64,000 nucleotides of DNA from the human T2T-CHM13v2.0 reference genome, Homo sapiens. Shown here one piece after another: positions 28,098 through 43,289 of this stretch; position 1 is the stretch's first letter, and each line of letters opens with the position of its first letter. Below the pieces are notes generated by a model. The model worked only from the letters and a program-made list of their open reading frames with translations. It did not search any database and was not told the origin of the DNA. Location of the stretch: NCBI RefSeq assembly GCF_009914755.1, contig NC_060934.1; one strand, 5' to 3'. Made by a program: the position numbers and the translations under genes.

Positions 28098-28464
28098 TGC
28101 TGTGGACAAAATGTTTGTCTCCCTCAACTTCTTAGGTTGAAATCCAAACTCTCAATGTGATGGTATTAGGAGATGGGGCCTTTAGAGGTAATTAGGTCAT
28201 GAGGGAGGAGCCCTCAGGTGTGGGATTAGCCTTTATGAACATGATAATGAGCATTCCCTTGCCCCCTCTACCATGTGAGGACACAGTGAGAAGACAGACA
28301 TGTATGAACCAGGAAGTGGGCCCCACCAGACAAGAAATCTGCCAGCACAAGCCTCAGTGTCTTGATTCTGGATTTTTAGTTTCCAGAACGGTGAGAAATA
28401 AATCTTTCTGTTGTTTATGAGCCACCGAGGTATTATGTTACAGCAGCCCCAACAGACTAAGACA
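28098..28464 (+). mobile_element. MaLR solo LTR (MLT1A-type)
   Basis: tgct..gg..aatgtttgt..gtgatggtattaggag..gtgagaaataaa..gactaagaca; perfect TSD acagt at 28093-28097 and 28465-28469. Confidence 0.88.
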
Positions 28465-29229
28465 ACAGTGCATGGATGCCAAGTGCTTTGTAAATTCCAG
28501 AATCCCACAAGGTACATTGTTGTTTTTAATTAACATGAATCAGTTCTGTAGTCCAGTTTCTATAAAGTATAACATACATAAAAGTACACAAACTAGAAGT
28601 TTACAACTCAGTTTTTACAAAGTATACATATCCGGTGTACCTCCCACATGACATCAAGAAATAGAAAGTTACCAAAACCCTCAGGCCTCCTCTGAGATGC
28701 TTCACAAAGTAACTGTGATTTCATTGTTACTGAGTCTATAACCATATATTAGTTTGACTTGTTTTCTACCATAATTAAGTGCATTCTTGTGTTTTGCTTA
28801 TTTCACCTAATTACGATTCTGAGATCAACATCCAAGGTGTTGGTTGTATCGATAGTTTGTTACTTCTCATTGTTGTACAGCATTTCATTGTATGAAGATA
28901 CCATCATTAATCTATTTTATTGCTAATAAGACCTGGGCTTGCTTCTAGTTTGGCACTATTACTAACTTCTTTGAACAGTATTGTATATATTTTTGGTGCA
29001 CATATGGTTGCATTTTTGCTGGGCCTATCATTAGGAGAGGAATTGCCAGACCATAGAATTTCCCAAAAAAGCAGCACCAATTTTTACTCCAGTGTATGAG
29101 AGTTCAAATTGCTCCACTTCCAAGCATTCAGTATCATCAGTATTTAATTTTAGCTACTCGGGTAGCTGTGTGAGTACTACTCATTGTAGGTTTTTGGTTT
29201 GTTTGCTTCCTTGTTTACTTTTAAAAAAA

Positions 29230-29708
29230 TTACATTGGTTGTCTGTTGCTGTGAAACAAATTACTGCTAACTTAGTGGCTTAAAACAACACAGTTTATGT
29301 GGGTTAGGAATCCAGATAAGTTTAGCAGGGTTATCTGCTTTAAAAATCTGCCAAAAAAGGTTTTAGTTGGGACTGGGGTCTCTCCTGGAATCTAGACTGG
29401 GGTACGATCTGCTTCCAAGCTCAAGTGGTTGATAGCAGGGGTTCTGTTCGTTGTAGGCTGTTGGCCAGAGACCATCTTCAGTTCCTTTCCCCATGGGCCT
29501 CCCCAATATAGCAATTGGCATCATCAAAGCCAGCAGGGCATAGAGTGAGCTAGCAAGAGGTAAGTTACAAACTTGGAACTGAGATCCCCTTAACATCAAG
29601 GTAGTGTGTTGATTAGAAACACGTTTCTCAAGAAGAGAGGGTTACTCGAGGCTGCCACTGCCAGTAGGCAGGATCACTGCAGGGGCATCTTAAACTTTGC
29701 TCCCTACA
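29230..29708 (-). mobile_element. MaLR LTR (MLT1E/F-type)
   Basis: ttgctg..aacaaattac..aacttagtggcttaaaacaaca..ctgcttccaagctca. Confidence 0.7.
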
Positions 29709-30624
29709 TTGAATAAAATCAATATACAACAAACTGCACACATTTATAGGGTATGATTTCCTAAGTTTTGATACCCGCAAAAGTATCATGACAAGGTGGC
29801 AAACATATTCCTCACTCCCAAAATTTCTCTCATGTTCCTTTCTAATCCCTCCTCCCCACCCTTCTCCATCCCCTTTCCCAAACACTGATCTGCTTTTTGT
29901 AACTATGCGCCAGTTTGAGTGTTCCAGAATTTTAAATAAATGGAATATTAGACCCTGTATTTATTTGTTGGCTTTTTTCGCTTTATTTTGAAATTCATCC
30001 GTGTTATATAAATAGTTCATTTCTTTTTATGACTAAGTAGTAGTTCATTGCAGAGACATACCATAATTTGTCTATCCATTTACCTGTTGATAAACGTGGA
30101 TTATTTCAGGGTTTTGGTTATGACAAAAGTACTATGAACATTTGTGGAGTAGTCTTTGCATGGACGTATGCTTTCATTCCTCTTGGGCAAATATTTAGGA
30201 ATGACATGCCTGGATCGTAAGGGAACTCTGTTTAGTATTTTGAGGAGCTACCGGATTACTTTCCAAAGTTGTTGTATTAAATACATTTTACATTCCCATC
30301 ATCAGTCTGGGAGTTCCTATTTCTCTGCAACCTCATCAACACTTGATATGGTCAGTCTTCGAATCTTAGCCATTCTAGAGTGAGTGATTAGTGATTCAGT
30401 CTCACTTTGATTTTCATATTTCCTAAATTACTAGTGATTAGAGCCTCTCTCTGGTGCTTATTTGCCACCCGTATATTTTCCTTGGTAAGGTGTCTGTTAA
30501 AATCACTGATGTTCTTTTATTGAGTTTTTCATTTTATTATTGAGTTTTAAATTTTATCTATATATGTTCATTTATTTGTATCAGATATAAGCTTTGAAAA
30601 TATTTTCTCCCAGTTTTCCATCGT

Positions 30625-30958
<334 letters not shown>

Positions 30959-31722
30959 TAGGAGTTCTAAATTTTAATCAAGTTCAATTTATCAATTCTT
31001 TTATACATTGTGTTTTTGATGTCAGAAGAAATGATTAATTCCTAATCAAAATTAATTATGCCTATATTTTCTTCTGTGAGATTTGTAGTTTTAGGTTTTA
31101 CATTTATGTCTATGATCAATTCTGCATTTTTTTTTAATACGGTGTGAGGTATGAATGAAAGTCCATTTTTTGCACGTGGATATCCAATTGTTTCAGGATT
31201 GTTTGTTGAAAAGGCTGTCTTTTCTCCATAGAATTGCCTTTGGTCTTCGTCACATCAATTGAAGATAGATCTGTGGTTCTATCCTGGATTTCTTTCTGTC
31301 TCATTGCTCTATTTGTCTATCTTTACATCAGTGCCACACTCTTGTTTCCTGTAGCTTTGTAATAAAAGTTGTTTTGGCAATTCTAGGTCTTTTGAATCTC
31401 AATATGAATTTTTAGAATTTGTCAGTTTATCTGATAGTCTGCTGGGATTTTTATCAGGATTATGTTGAATCTATAGATGAGTTTGGGGTGAGTTGACATC
31501 TTAACCTCTTAGGTCTCTTGACTCATAAAAGAGATGTGTATCTCTCCATTTATTTAGATGCTCTTTAATTGCTCTTAGCAATGTTTTCCTAGTTTTTAGT
31601 GTACAAGACTTTCATAGTTTCCATCAGATTTATCCCTAAGTATTTAATATGTACTGATGCTGTTATAAATGATATTTCTAAAAGTTCAGCTAATTTTTAA
31701 TTGTATTTAGAAATACAATCTA

Positions 31723-32073
<351 letters not shown>

Positions 32074-32893
32074 TTACATTTATTAGTTCTAATAGCAAAT
32101 TGTAGATCCGTTAGATTTTCTATATAGTCAAGTATGTTTTCAAATAAAGGCTCTTTTTACCTCTTCCTTTCCAACCCAGATGGTGTTTTTCCTCTTATCT
32201 CATTGCAATGACTAGAGCCCTAAACACATTGGAAAGTAGAAGTGGTACAAGTGAGCATTCCTCTCTTGTTCCTGATCTAAGGGAGAAGGTATTCAGTGTT
32301 TCATCATTAAATATGATGTTGGCTGTAAGTTTTTTCATAATGTTCTTTATCAGGTTGAAGATATTCCCTTATATTTCTAGTTTGCTGAAATATTTTACAG
32401 GAATGGATGCTGAATTCTTCCAAATAACTTTTTAATATCTCTTGAAATGATCATATGGTTTTTCTCTTCTAATTTAATATAGTTAATTATATATATATTT
32501 TTAATGTTAAACCAACCTTGCATTTTTGGGATAAACCTCACTTGAACATAGCATATAATTCTTTATATATATATTGCTTGATTCAATTTGCTATTATTTT
32601 GTTGGACACTTGGGGGTATAAGTTCATGAGGAATGGTCTATAGTTTTCTTATTATATTTTTTTTCTGGTTTTGGTATCATTTCAGGGTAATAGTGGCCTC
32701 TAGAATGCACTGGGAAGTATCCCTACTGTTTCCACTTTCTGGAAACTCTGGAAAGAATTTGGATCAAATGGTTTTATTATTTTCTTAAATGTTTGGTAGA
32801 ATTCATCAGTGAAACTATCTGAACCTAGACTTTTGTTTGTGTAATGGTTTTAAACTACAGCTGCAATTTCTGTATAGATCCAGGGCTATTTAG

Positions 32894-33240
<347 letters not shown>

Positions 33241-34064
33241 TCTTGAGTAATCTTTAGTTGATTGTTTTCCAAGGAATTTTTTCGTTTCCCTTAATTTGTC
33301 AAATTTATTGGCATAAAGTTGCTCATAATATTCCCTGATTTCCTTTTATACCTGTGGAATATGTAGCAATATCAACTCTCTCATTCCTGATATTGATAAT
33401 TTGTATTTTCTCTCTTTTTTCCTAGGTAGAATTGGCATTAGCAGTTACTCCTTTTTTGTTCCTGCTCTCAGGGCTTTACAGCTTTCAATAGTTTTCAAGA
33501 ATTTAGATTCTTCCAAATAACTTTTCAATAGATATCTCTTGAAATGATCTTATGGTTTATCTCTTTTTAATTTGTTAATACAGTAAATTATATATGTATA
33601 TTTTAATGTTCAACCCATCTTGCAGTTTTAGGATAAACCTCACTAGATCCTGGCATATAATTACTTTTTTAATATATTGCTTAATTTAATTTGTATTATT
33701 TTGTTGGAAACTTGGGGGTATAAGTTCATGAGGAATGGTCTGTAGTTTTCTTACATCTTTTTCTGGTTTGGGTATCATTTCAGGTAATGGTGGTATTACC
33801 ATTATCTTTATACTTAATTTATAGCATTAAGTATAAAGTTTGGTATAGATTCTATGGTAAAATAATCTTCATAAGATTATATTCTTTTATCAGATTATAT
33901 TCTGTTCCCAATTTGCTCAGTTTTTTCTTCCACCTTATGAAGGAATATGCAATCTTATTAAATGCTTTTTCCACATCTATTGAGATGACCACCTGATTTT
34001 TTTCCCCTTTATTCTGTTAATGTGATTAATGACATTGATTAGGTATAGTTATTAATATGGTACA

Positions 34065-34320
34065 CTGACAAAGCAGTATATATGATAGTGGTTAAGAACA
34101 GAGCTCCAGTGACAGGCTGCCTGGATATTAACACGGTTCACCACCTACCAGCTTCGAAGCTTGAGTACTGTCTTAAACTCTCTGTTCCTAAGTTCCCCCC
34201 TCTCTAGAAGGGATATAAATCATAGTCCATCTCATGAAATTGTTGTGAGAATAAATCGGGTCACATGTGCAAAGAGCTTAAAACATCTGCAACTTAGTGC
34301 TCAATAATGTTTGCTATTTT
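34065..34320. mobile_element. MIR, near full length
   Basis: gtggttaagaacagagct..ctgcctgg..ctctctgt..agtt..ttgttgtgaga..ctcaataa. Confidence 0.75.
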
Positions 34321-35249
34321 TCTTATTAGATCCTGGCCTAGATTATTGAAACCCGACAGCAAAAAGAACTGTCCTGAGATCTGAGCAAGAAGGACCCAGG
34401 CCTCTACTTTAGAGGGCTCCATGGTGGCCCTGCTCAGGTGACACTGTCCCTGCAGAGGAGGCATCTTCAGGGCCTGATGCCTGCAAGAGGGTCTCCACAC
34501 TTGGAACATGGCCAGTGTAAGCAGACATGCTCCAAGTGCGAGGACAGACACCTGGTCCAGACACCTGTCCACTTACACTGGCCATGCTCCAAGTGCAGGG
34601 ACCCTGGAACTCTGCCCAAATGCCCCAAGCCTGCCCTCTGGGACTCAAGAACTTCTACCCTAGGTCCAATGTCCAGATGGTAGAGAGCTTTGGGGTACAG
34701 ACTTCTATGCTGGAGAGGTTTCCAAGAGATGGCTGTTTACGGTAGGATGTTGATGGAATTCATGAAAATAGGCTTACGCAGTCAGAAGCATAAAATAGAT
34801 TTTATTTAGCAGTTCATCAGCTTGATGTATAACTTTTCTATATGTAGACGTATGGTATGTATACATCCAGTTGTACCATCGTCCTGAGCCTTGCCAATGT
34901 CGGGTTCTCAGCCACACTGGCATACCAGGTCATCTTAATTTGGAGAGGCAAACCTGCAGCCTTCTCTTGGCCTGGGAGTGTGAAGCACACGTGCTTATCT
35001 CCAGGCCAAAGCCCTGATGCCCCCAGATGTGTTGATTCATTGTTGAGGAAGCAGGAGGAGAGGGTTGAGAGTAGTTCTGGGAAAGGGGTCTTCCTGGAGA
35101 CAGCTGTGAGGGCCCTTTGAAGAGCAGGGCTGCCAGGGAGACTTTGATTGGCTCTGCAACAGAGAAGAAGCCACTCTGCTGGCCAGAGATGCAGCCTGCA
35201 GCCCTCTTGCAGGCATGGGGGTCAGGGCATCAGCAGGAAGTAGACCTCA

Positions 35250-35579
<330 letters not shown>

Positions 35580-35743
35580 TTAAAGGATTATCTTTAAGGA
35601 GTACAAGGCCCAAAGGGATCAGGGTAACAGCAACACGCAGATCCTCCATGGCCACCCTCACCAATTTGGGGCCTGTGGACCCACCCTTCTGAGTTCTGTA
35701 TGGCTGAGGGCTGAGGGGCAGCTGACCTAAGAATACTCCCTCA

Positions 35744-36046
<303 letters not shown>

Positions 36047-36109
36047 TCAGCAGAAGGGTAGAAGCTGAAAGCAGCATTGAGAAACGGGAGTGCAGGGAGT
36101 GCTTCTAAT

Positions 36110-36636
36110 TTTATGCGGCCTCAGCATCCAGTTTTTAATATAAGTTTACCTTTCATATACCAGGAGCAGGGCTTAGTTCCCCTGATAGGGTTTCCAGTAA
36201 GTACCCCGCCCCACCCAAATTGCTCCAGCCGGTGGCCAGAGATAAGAACTTGGAAGTGCCTCTCCCGCCTAGCAGGCGGGACACCCTGCTTGTGAGGTGG
36301 CAGCGTGGCCTCCTGGGACACTTGCTTGCTTGCCTGAAACCCAACAAGTAAAGGTCCCTGTGGGAAACCGGTTTGGATAACGCCCGGGACCCAATAAAGG
36401 CCCTGCTCAGATAAGGGGGGCTCTTCTCTTTCCCTGTCTGCACCCCCCAACTTCCGTGTGTATGCATGTGCGTGTGTGTGTGTTTGCGTGTTCCTGCAAC
36501 CTCCAGGTGTGCCAAGTACTCCCCCAGGGTCTGTAAGTACTAAAAACTCTTAAATTTTTGCATCGTGGTTGTGCCATTGTAGCCCTGCGGACAATTCAAC
36601 CGCTAATGGTGAGGCTGCCCAAAAGGGACCCACACA
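36110..36636 (+). mobile_element. ERVL-class solo LTR (MER54/MER73 family)
   Basis: caggagcagggcttag..gtttccag..gataacgccc..cccaataaaggc..ctgtaagta; shares motifs with the LTR at 15.5-16.4 kb; family by recall. Confidence 0.6.
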
Positions 36637-37906
36637 GGTGGATCTCCAGCTGTGCTCTTCTGTCCTGGCCTCTGTTGGCTGCTGGGGACAGAGGCTGCCA
36701 GCTAAGTTGATAAACTCAGTTTCATTCAAACCTGGCAGTTAGGCCCCTAGTTGGCCTGGAGCCAGCTGCAGTTAGGAAGGGACCAGAAGGAAGGGAGAGG
36801 AAGAAGGCAGGTATGCCCAGAGAAGCTGAAGAACCCGGGGCTTAGGGGTTGGTGGGGCAGGGGAGAGGGAGAGAGAGACAGATATATCTGGCGCTGCTCC
36901 GTCTCTGGTAGCTTTGAGGCCCAGGGCCAGGTCTGAGGCACCCTCAGCTTTGTTCTCGAGAGAATCCAGGGCTCTTGCTTCTGAAAAGAACACGCCACAT
37001 CCCAGTGCTCTAAGGGCCCCGTCGGAGATCTTTTCTCATGTGCTCATGACTTCTCAGAGATCCTGTTCCTGGAAAAGCAAGACAGTCACCTAGGAGGAGT
37101 GACATAGGGTCTTGAAATGACTCCTCTTCCAAGCAGAAAGGGCATGAGAAACGTTGGAACCTCGAGGTAGAGAAGCTGTGCTCTGGGCAGAAAGGAAAGC
37201 CTCCCAGAGGAGCTGTCACTGAGCAGAAGCTTGATGGGCAGGGAGAAGAGGAAAGGAGTGGGCAGGCAGAGGCTGGATGTCAGAGAAGGTTGCTGAGCCA
37301 TCTGGTCACCAGGACTCTCGGGAGCTGCCAGTGGGGTGCAGGAGGAGCAGGCCCACCGTGTGGTGGAGGGGAGCTTTGCTAAAGGTTTGCTCCACCTCGA
37401 CCAGGCCCTGGCCACTCTGGCCCTCTTCCCTGGAGAGGCGCTGGCCCTGCATGCCTTAGAGAGTGTGGTCTCCCCCACTGCTCTCCTGCCTTGAGGGCAC
37501 AAAACCTGCAATGGCACCAGGTCTCCTGTGTGCCTCCTTAGCCAGCAATGTGGGTAACACTCCACCCCTGTCCTCAAGGATCTCAATATCCGGCAGGAAA
37601 GGCAGAAATGGACACACAGTCACGGTGCTGCCAGTGTGAAGGTTCAGGGTAGGTGCAAGTGTAGAGAAGAGAGGGCCCACTTTAAGGCAAGCCAAGGACA
37701 CACGTCATCAGGCTGGAGGGCAGAGTGCCTTGGTGTAGGAGTACTTAGAACTAAAATAAGGGCTTCCCATGCTAGGCAACCAAGTTAGTCACTTGCTTTG
37801 TAGGCAAAAGCAAAGTATTTGTGGATTTTAAGCAGAAAAATGTGTTTTGAACGCAGTGAGGGGAATGATGAAAGGGAGTTGGAGGCTCAGAAAGAGCTGA
37901 GGGGGG

Positions 37907-38500
<594 letters not shown>

Positions 38501-39950
38501 TCAGTCGCTGTCCAGGCAGTCGGGCACATTTCCCGTATTCTTTAGCTACGGCAATGTCAGGTGCTTCTGGCAAGGTGGAGGCGTTGAGAAAAATGAACAA
38601 GATCTTTACATTTTTGGTTTTTTAACTGGAGAACAAGGATTTGAAAAATTAGCTCAGTTGCTGTCTCAAGGTCAGTCACACCATAGTCTTAAGGGCTGAC
38701 CTCCCAAAAAATGCTTCCCCAAAACACCCCCATCCTGTGTGCAGCCATACCATCTACCACCCCTAGGCTTTAACGGCTCCCTTTGCTGCCAGAGAAAATG
38801 CCACCCCACTTCTGGTACCCCCTGAGGTGGTGACAGCAGCTTGATCTGGGAAGAGCGCAGTCCCTCAGATGGACCTGAGTGGCACATGGCCCAGCTGAGA
38901 GAGTTCCACACTCGGGAGTCAGCTCCAGGTCTGCCTGAGGTTCTGGCTACCTTCCACACCTCAGTGCCAGCCTCTGGTGCCCCAGGAAAGAAAAATAGCT
39001 TTCTGCTAGGCAGTCTTCCTGCTGCAGAATTAGAAAAGACTCGAGCGTGGCTTTGAGGAAGTGAAGTCACCCAATCAGCTTCTTTCTCCCGAGACCTCTA
39101 CTCATGGCTCCCCCAGTGGGAAACAGGGCTGGAAAACGGCACCTGATTGGAGGTAGCAATTGTTGCCTGGAACAAAGGACAGAAGGAGGGAGAGAAGATC
39201 ATCAGGGATAGGAGAAGGTGGCTGAGGAGACAGTGACGTTGTGAGTGATGTGATGGTGACAAGTGTGGCTCTGAAGTCAGGGAGAGTGGCCACGATGTGT
39301 GAGCGGCTTCCAGAAGCCAAGAACCTTCAAAAAGGCACCAGAGGTTGAGTCAAGGAGGAATCCAGACAACGTCTGCAAAGCCATTGTTGTCAGTGGGAAA
39401 GCTCTGGGGGAACCAAATGAGGGCAGTCATCCTAGAATGTGGCAATGGAATCTTTGCAGACCTGATATATTTTGTTTTGCTTTTAAGAATTTATGTGCAC
39501 AAAGCTGTTATTTGAATTTCAAGTAGGAATTGAGTGTGTAGTAGGTTCAGCTTGACTCATTGCAAATAAGTATTTTACCTGTCTCTGAAATGACTTTTGG
39601 TAGCAGAAAATGAAATTACTTCAAAGAAATCAAAGCATCTTTCCTTGAGGGAGTTTTATTTCTCACAGCTCTTACTCTGAGCTTCAATTTCCTGTGAAAA
39701 ACTGAGATTGCTTATGAAAATGGCTGAGTTAGCAACTAAAAGCATGTTTAAATTACATATGTAAGAGAAATTAAATGCATTTAAACAAACTTCTGGGTTC
39801 TATGTGTTCTGTTTTTTATATACTTCGCCCAGTAAATTCTATTGTTTCAGAAAAGCCTTGTTTCTTGTTATAACTTTGGGGCATGGAAAAAAAGAAAAAC
39901 CTTGTTTCTAAGTGGCATAAATAATACATCATCACCTAAAATCCTCAAGT

Positions 39951-40252
<302 letters not shown>

Positions 40253-40423
40253 TCAGGTGGGCTAGATTTTATTCAAATACACAATACTAACCTGATGTTT
40301 CCATTCACTTTTGTGTTTTTAGTATATTGCAAAGGGGTAGAAATCTCTCAAATTTTTGTAAGTTCTGGAATTCTATGTTATCAAAATGAAAACTGGAACC
40401 ACTGGAGTCAATCTGACAGATTA

Positions 40424-40625
40424 ACACCATCACTAGCCATTAGAATATGTGGGGGATGGGGGCATCTGATCCTACACCATCACTAACCATTAGAACATGT
40501 GGGGGATGGGGAGGGATCTGATCCTACACCGTCACTAACCATCAGAACATTCAGGGGCGTGTGGGGATCTGATCCTACACCATCACTAACCGTTAGTACA
40601 TCCTGGGGGTGGGGGGATCTGATCT
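40424..40625 (+). repeat. Minisatellite, about 50-52 bp x 4 copies
   Basis: acaccatcactaaccattagaacatgtgggggatggg..gatctgatcct repeated four times with divergence. Confidence 0.9.
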
Positions 40626-43289
40626 AGGTGGAGATCTCAGATTTTCCTTTCCTAAAATTGTCCTGAGCTAACCTTGGACAAATGGCTGAATCTCTCTGTG
40701 CCTGAGTTTCTTCATCATAAGACAGGGATATTATACTTCTGTATCATCCAGGGCTAGGTTCAGCTGCACATGACAGAAAACCCGAAGTAATACTGGTTGA
40801 AACGAGAGAAGTTGATTTCTCATATCCAAGCAGCCCAGAGGTAGGCGGCCCACAGTGTCATCTATTTGGGACCCACTGTGCAAGGCTCTCGTTTAGAGAT
40901 TCCTGCGTGTTTCAAGGGGATGTGGAAGCCGGGCTGTGTCCAGTCTGTGGTAAGAGGAAAGCATATAGAAGCCCATGCCCCCTGCGTGTGCACGCAGTGG
41001 CTAGAGTTTGCGTTAAACCACTTCATCTAGTCCCGTGGCCACACCTAGCTGTGAAGGAGGCTGAGAAGTGTGGTCTCTAAGAAGCAGTACTGGGAAATAA
41101 CCGGGACTCTGCGTCACAATCTGTTTACTGCACAGTTGTGAGACCTGTGTATTGATGCATATCAAATACTTGGGACAGGACCTGGCACACAGTATGTGCT
41201 CAGTGAATGCTGGCTGTTATACACGAAGTGGTGGAGGCAGGGAATTTGGCAGTACGGAAATGCGTATGTCCAAAGGAGAACTGCTTCTCAATTGTCCTTT
41301 CCTATTCTTTCTTATCCCAGATGAATTGCTGGGATTGGGTAGAGACGTAGAGTCAGTTGGGTAGAATGTATTGGCACTGGCTGGAGAGGCCAAAGGGTTG
41401 TTGTATTTCTAATTCAAGGACATCTCATTCATGCCAGGAGTGAGGGTAGTAATTTGGGGTTTACAGCAGTGATTGCAGTACTGTTGTGCAGCGGGTCCAG
41501 GCAGGTAGGGGAGGCAGCCTGGTGGGGCTGAGAAAACTGGGGAGCACACATGCACTCTCTAAGGGGTGACTGCAACCTGCCACTACCCTGTAGGGGGACT
41601 AGCGCTGCTAGACCTTCCAGTTCTTAAAAAGTCTGGATTTTTATGTGATATCTTTTTGTTCGCCTTGAACACTGTCTTATTATGGCCACAGGCAAGCAAT
41701 CAGTTCAGTAAGACCACATGAGATGAAAATAATTAGGTGAGGGACAGGCTGGAAAAAGCTATCAGGAGCTGCAGCTGGAGGGCATGATCATGACAAATTC
41801 TGGGACAAGGTTACATAAGAAAGGACATCAGGGGTGGAGCTTCAGTTTTCAGCCCCTTCTCAGCTGGGTAAGAAACCCAAGGAAGGAAGAAATGCTAAAG
41901 CTACAGTTTTATGACTTTTGTTTGCATGATTTCTGCTCAAATAGGCTGGAGGAATGGGATGATGACTATATTCTAACATTTAAAATGCTGTCAATACTAG
42001 AACTGTAATACCACACTCCTTTAAACAAGAAAAAGCCACATTTCTGTTTTTGTGGTTGACTACATGATTTAAGTTTTTGTTCTGTTTTCTCCAACCCCTC
42101 CATGAGAAATCTCCAAGCATAAGATTATTTTGCTCATTTCTTGAGGATAAATCTGTTTGAATGATGTTTTCTCAGGGCAGGGATGGGAAGTGTCTGCTAA
42201 TCAATAATGAACCCCCGGGAACCAAGAGGGTCTGTCAACAAAGCTCTAGCTCCCCTCGTTACCCCACGGCTCAAGCATCCTGTGGGGCCACAGGTAGCTT
42301 TGCAGAAGAGGTCACGCCAATGGAAAGGGAATAATTGGATATTTCTCCTTCTAAGAATTCATGAGAAGGAAAAAATGTGGAATGTTGTAAGAAAGTCAAC
42401 ATGGCCTAAGGGAAACTTTAATAGGCTTTTCAAGTCAGTCACGTGAGCCAAAACGGAGAGAGAATGATAAAGATGCAAGGCTCTCTGGCTGCTCAAAACA
42501 TGAAATAAAGGAGACTTTTTTTTGGCGGGGGGGTGTCCACAGTATAGTCTAAAAATGTCAAGGCTTATTGCGCAGGTTAACGGTTTTTGATTTCTTGGTA
42601 TCTGAGGTTAGCCACAGGGGAGTGTATTATTATAAAGTCACCTGGCTTCACGGTGGCTCTTGGTGGTTTTACTTACCGATAGACTTTTATTCTCAGATTC
42701 TTAAGATAAGGAATCCTCTAAGAAAACCTTCCTGAGACTCCTGAGTCTGAGCTACTAGGAATCTTACGCTGTCTTCCAAAGTCACTGTGTAAATGTGCAT
42801 TTATCAATATGGTTTATGATTTCTCCTGCCCATTAGTCTTTAAAAAGCACTCGTTGGGTATTCTCAAAGATTAAAAAAAAGATGAAGTATCATTTGGGTA
42901 TACTGAACTATGTACACCATGACAAACATTTACTTTTCTGGCTCAAAGATAATGATAAAATAAGTTTGCTACCCTGATTTGTATAAACTGTGAACACATG
43001 CTTTACCATATGAGAAAGCAGATCACCATAGGCACGAGTCAGTAGAAATATCAAAGAATCAAACCTGCTAAAACTGAAGGTATGATAGCTATTGGATCCA
43101 GATATAAAATAACAGAAAACACAATAACCGAGACAAGGATTATTATTTCTCTCATTTTACATATGAGGAAAACTAATATGTAAGTTGGGTAGCCTGTCCA
43201 AACACATCCACTTTGTAAATGGTAAGGTCTAGATTTGAAGTCAGGCAGTTTGGTCCTATAATTCTTATAAGATTTGTTTTATATTTTAC

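Noticed and set aside
40424-40625. Repeat-spacer-like array as a CRISPR
   Set aside because: Human DNA; whole units repeat without unique spacers and there are no cas genes
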